A DNA stretch of 64,000 nucleotides from Podarcis filfolensis (Eukaryota), in assembly GCA_964270895.1 (NCBI GenBank), contig OZ185435.1; one strand, written 5' to 3'. Below are positions 62,168-64,000 of the stretch, in pieces. How positions within the stretch are numbered: the stretch's first letter is position 1; the number at the start of each line of letters is the position of its first letter. The notes beneath the pieces were generated by a model, which had not been told where the DNA came from, searched no databases, and was given only the letters and a program-made list of their open reading frames with translations. The translations under genes were made by a program, and so were the position numbers.

Positions 62168-62459
62168 GCAGCTTGCTCCAGGAAGTACTCCCCTTGTCCT
62201 GCCAAAAGATTTTTATTTGGAAGAGAAAAACTGTAAACTCTTCCTGACCAACACTGCCAGTTTGAAGCAGGGAAGAGGAATCAATTCATCTGTGGAGGAC
62301 TATGCGGTTCTTAGGAAAACAGAGAGGCAGGAAACAGCAGGAAATGTTGGGAAGCCAAAGTCTCTGATGAAGACCAGCACATTCCAGAGAGAAAAGACCA
62401 ACAGACCTAATTATCTTCATTTATCGCCAAGAAGGCTGCCCATTGGTAATGAAACTGTG
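62168..62459 (+). CDS. CRACR2B: CRACR2B long-isoform linker exon: QLAPGSTPLVLPKDFY...LHLSPRRLPIGNETV
   Basis: Acceptor ggcacag, phase 2 in and phase 0 out; 292 nt open; donor GTG|GTGAGT. SPRRLPIGNE resembles SPRGQPVGKE in CRACR2A (recalled). Confidence 0.82.
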
Positions 62460-63678
62460 GTGAGTCTAGCTGGCGGGGGGTGGGGAATACTAACCTTATG
62501 TATTGTCTTTTTGTTATTGAATCTTGAATCATTTGTGGGCTTTTTTGTGTATACTAAATGGCCCATCCTGACTTTAAGTTGGAGTCCACAGGTCACGCTG
62601 GGGTATAGGAAGGAAGAGTGGCATTTCAGTACTTTGGAGAGCTCCAAGTGAGCAACTTGCTCAGGAAAAAGCTGAAGCTTGACTGCAACCTTATAACTCC
62701 TATAGTCCAGGTTACCTATATCTCCTGTCTACTTCCCTGCCTGTAACTTTTTAAAACGAGGACCTCCTGGCCTGGAGGTGAGTCCTTCTGCATCTGACAG
62801 TTGCAGGCATTGTGGAATGGGATGTACTTGGTTCCTTGCATGAATCAGGCTCATGGGAGTGGCCATGAAGTTCCCTATGTTTAGGGTCCACAGGTTGACA
62901 ACCATCACCCCGGGTTCAGAATTGTAGCCTCGTTCTGTTCTTCAGCCAGCAGTATAGCAGCCACAGCCTCAATTGATTCAGTCTTCCAAGAATCGTTTAG
63001 GGCCAGGGACATGACAATTAGCTTCCTGCACTAATATGCATATTATATTCCTAGTAGCAATTATATTTTCTAATTTTGAAGTGACATTGAACAGAAATGC
63101 TAAGGAGAAAAACAAGAAAATCCATCAGCAAAACCTTTGGAATTTTTTTGTTTACCTCCTGTATCTATTCAGGGCCAAATGTTGCAAAGCAGGTGGATAT
63201 TTTTAAAATTGCTCTTCAGTCTTTGCTTCCTCCCATATGGTATAGTCTGAAAACTGTTTCAGCTAGGTGAATATTAACAGGCTCTGTACAGATATTTTGT
63301 ACTCCAGGTGAGTTGGGGAAAAGGCCATCACTTCACTATAGGGGTGACATGAATGACTGGATCAGGAGATCCCACATTTATTTAAACACATTATCTCCCT
63401 GATAGTGTGAGGTTAAAATTGCTGGACCATGTGAGCTTGAGTGTTACACCTGATCTTTATGCAGATGCTTTCTAGGCAGTGAGAAGTGGGGATAATATCT
63501 GAACATAGCCTCAGTCTATGCAACTGGTTGTGCAGATATGAACATGGGTATAAATTTGCTCATATTAGTGTTCCCACTGTCCGTTCCTTGCAATGTTTTA
63601 AATGCAATTTGTACCCTAGCTCTATAAACTTTTCTTCTTCCTTTTCATTCTTACCTTGATAATGGCTTTTACATCCAG

Positions 63679-63814
63679 GTATTGGAGCCAGCTAGTTCTT
63701 CTCCTGACCGTGTCTTCAAAGTAGTGTTTCTTGGTAATTCCGGAGTTGGCAAGAGCACCTTCATCCATCGCTTCTGCTACAATAGATTCCTGGCTGGGAT
63801 CAGCTCAACTATTG
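63679..63814 (+). CDS. CRACR2B: CRACR2B long-isoform exon, start of the Rab GTPase domain: VLEPASSSPDRVFKVVFLGNSGVGKSTFIHRFCYNRFLAGISSTI(G)
   Basis: Acceptor acatccag, donor G|GTAACT; 136 nt. Contains G1 GxxxxGKS/T and the switch-I Thr in STIG. Confidence 0.95.
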
Positions 63815-64000
63815 GTAACTGAGGCTCCCAAACTGCAGAAAGGAGAGGCATAAGGGAATTTAAGAAGTGCTTAAGTGAGGCTTGTGCCATGTGCTCAACA
63901 ACTTCTGCAGCAGAAATATTTGTGAACTACACCCCCCCCTTTTCAGTTCTACTGTAAACATGGCAATATTCCCCATGGACATGCCACACTATGTATTCCT

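Larger units (their letters stand above)
45144..63814 (+). other. CRACR2B: CRACR2B (EFCAB4A) gene body: EF-hand pair, coiled coil, and alternative poly-Cys tail or Rab-domain extension; incomplete at the 3' edge
   Basis: Twelve phase-consistent exons. Segments LQSELPLTPEQLE, EETFESG and VSKNMQKEKKSLLRQLELLR match recalled CRACR2B. Synteny with PNPLA2. Confidence 0.92.

Noticed and set aside
45144-63814. Calling the gene CRACR2A, RASEF or RAB44 because it has a Rab domain
   Set aside because: The position directly downstream of PNPLA2 and the exon peptides (LQSELPLTPEQLE, EETFESG, VSKNMQKEK, poly-Cys tail) fit CRACR2B. A phylogeny would be the formal test.

Overview
Vertebrate (squamate) genomic DNA, not prokaryotic. 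The repeats (Sauria-SINE tail, tRNA-derived SINEs, Tigger/hAT MITEs, L2/CR1/Penelope remnants) point to a lizard, probably a lacertid; this is an inference. Two intron-rich genes lie in tandem on the + strand. (1) PNPLA2/ATGL: eight coding exons at 11517-23458, phase-consistent. The first coding exon (GxSxG serine) was not found and is presumably upstream of the window. One intron has a GC donor, and the 3'UTR may run about 5 kb. (2) CRACR2B/EFCAB4A: a CpG-island promoter at about 30.4-31.8 kb and twelve coding exons at 45144-63814; the gene runs off the right edge. The main result is that this CRACR2B does not stop where the human protein stops. A weak internal donor at 56724 splices in frame into three further exons, the last encoding the start of a Rab GTPase domain (GNSGVGKST P-loop, switch-I Thr). 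The locus therefore appears to encode two forms. One is a 405-aa EF-hand/coiled-coil protein with a poly-Cys tail, like human CRACR2B. The other is a long EF-hand/coiled-coil/Rab 'large Rab', a candidate fourth member beside RAB44, RASEF and CRACR2A/Rab46, selected by donor use versus intronic polyadenylation. Gene identities rest on recalled homologue sequences, exon sizes and synteny; no database search was run.
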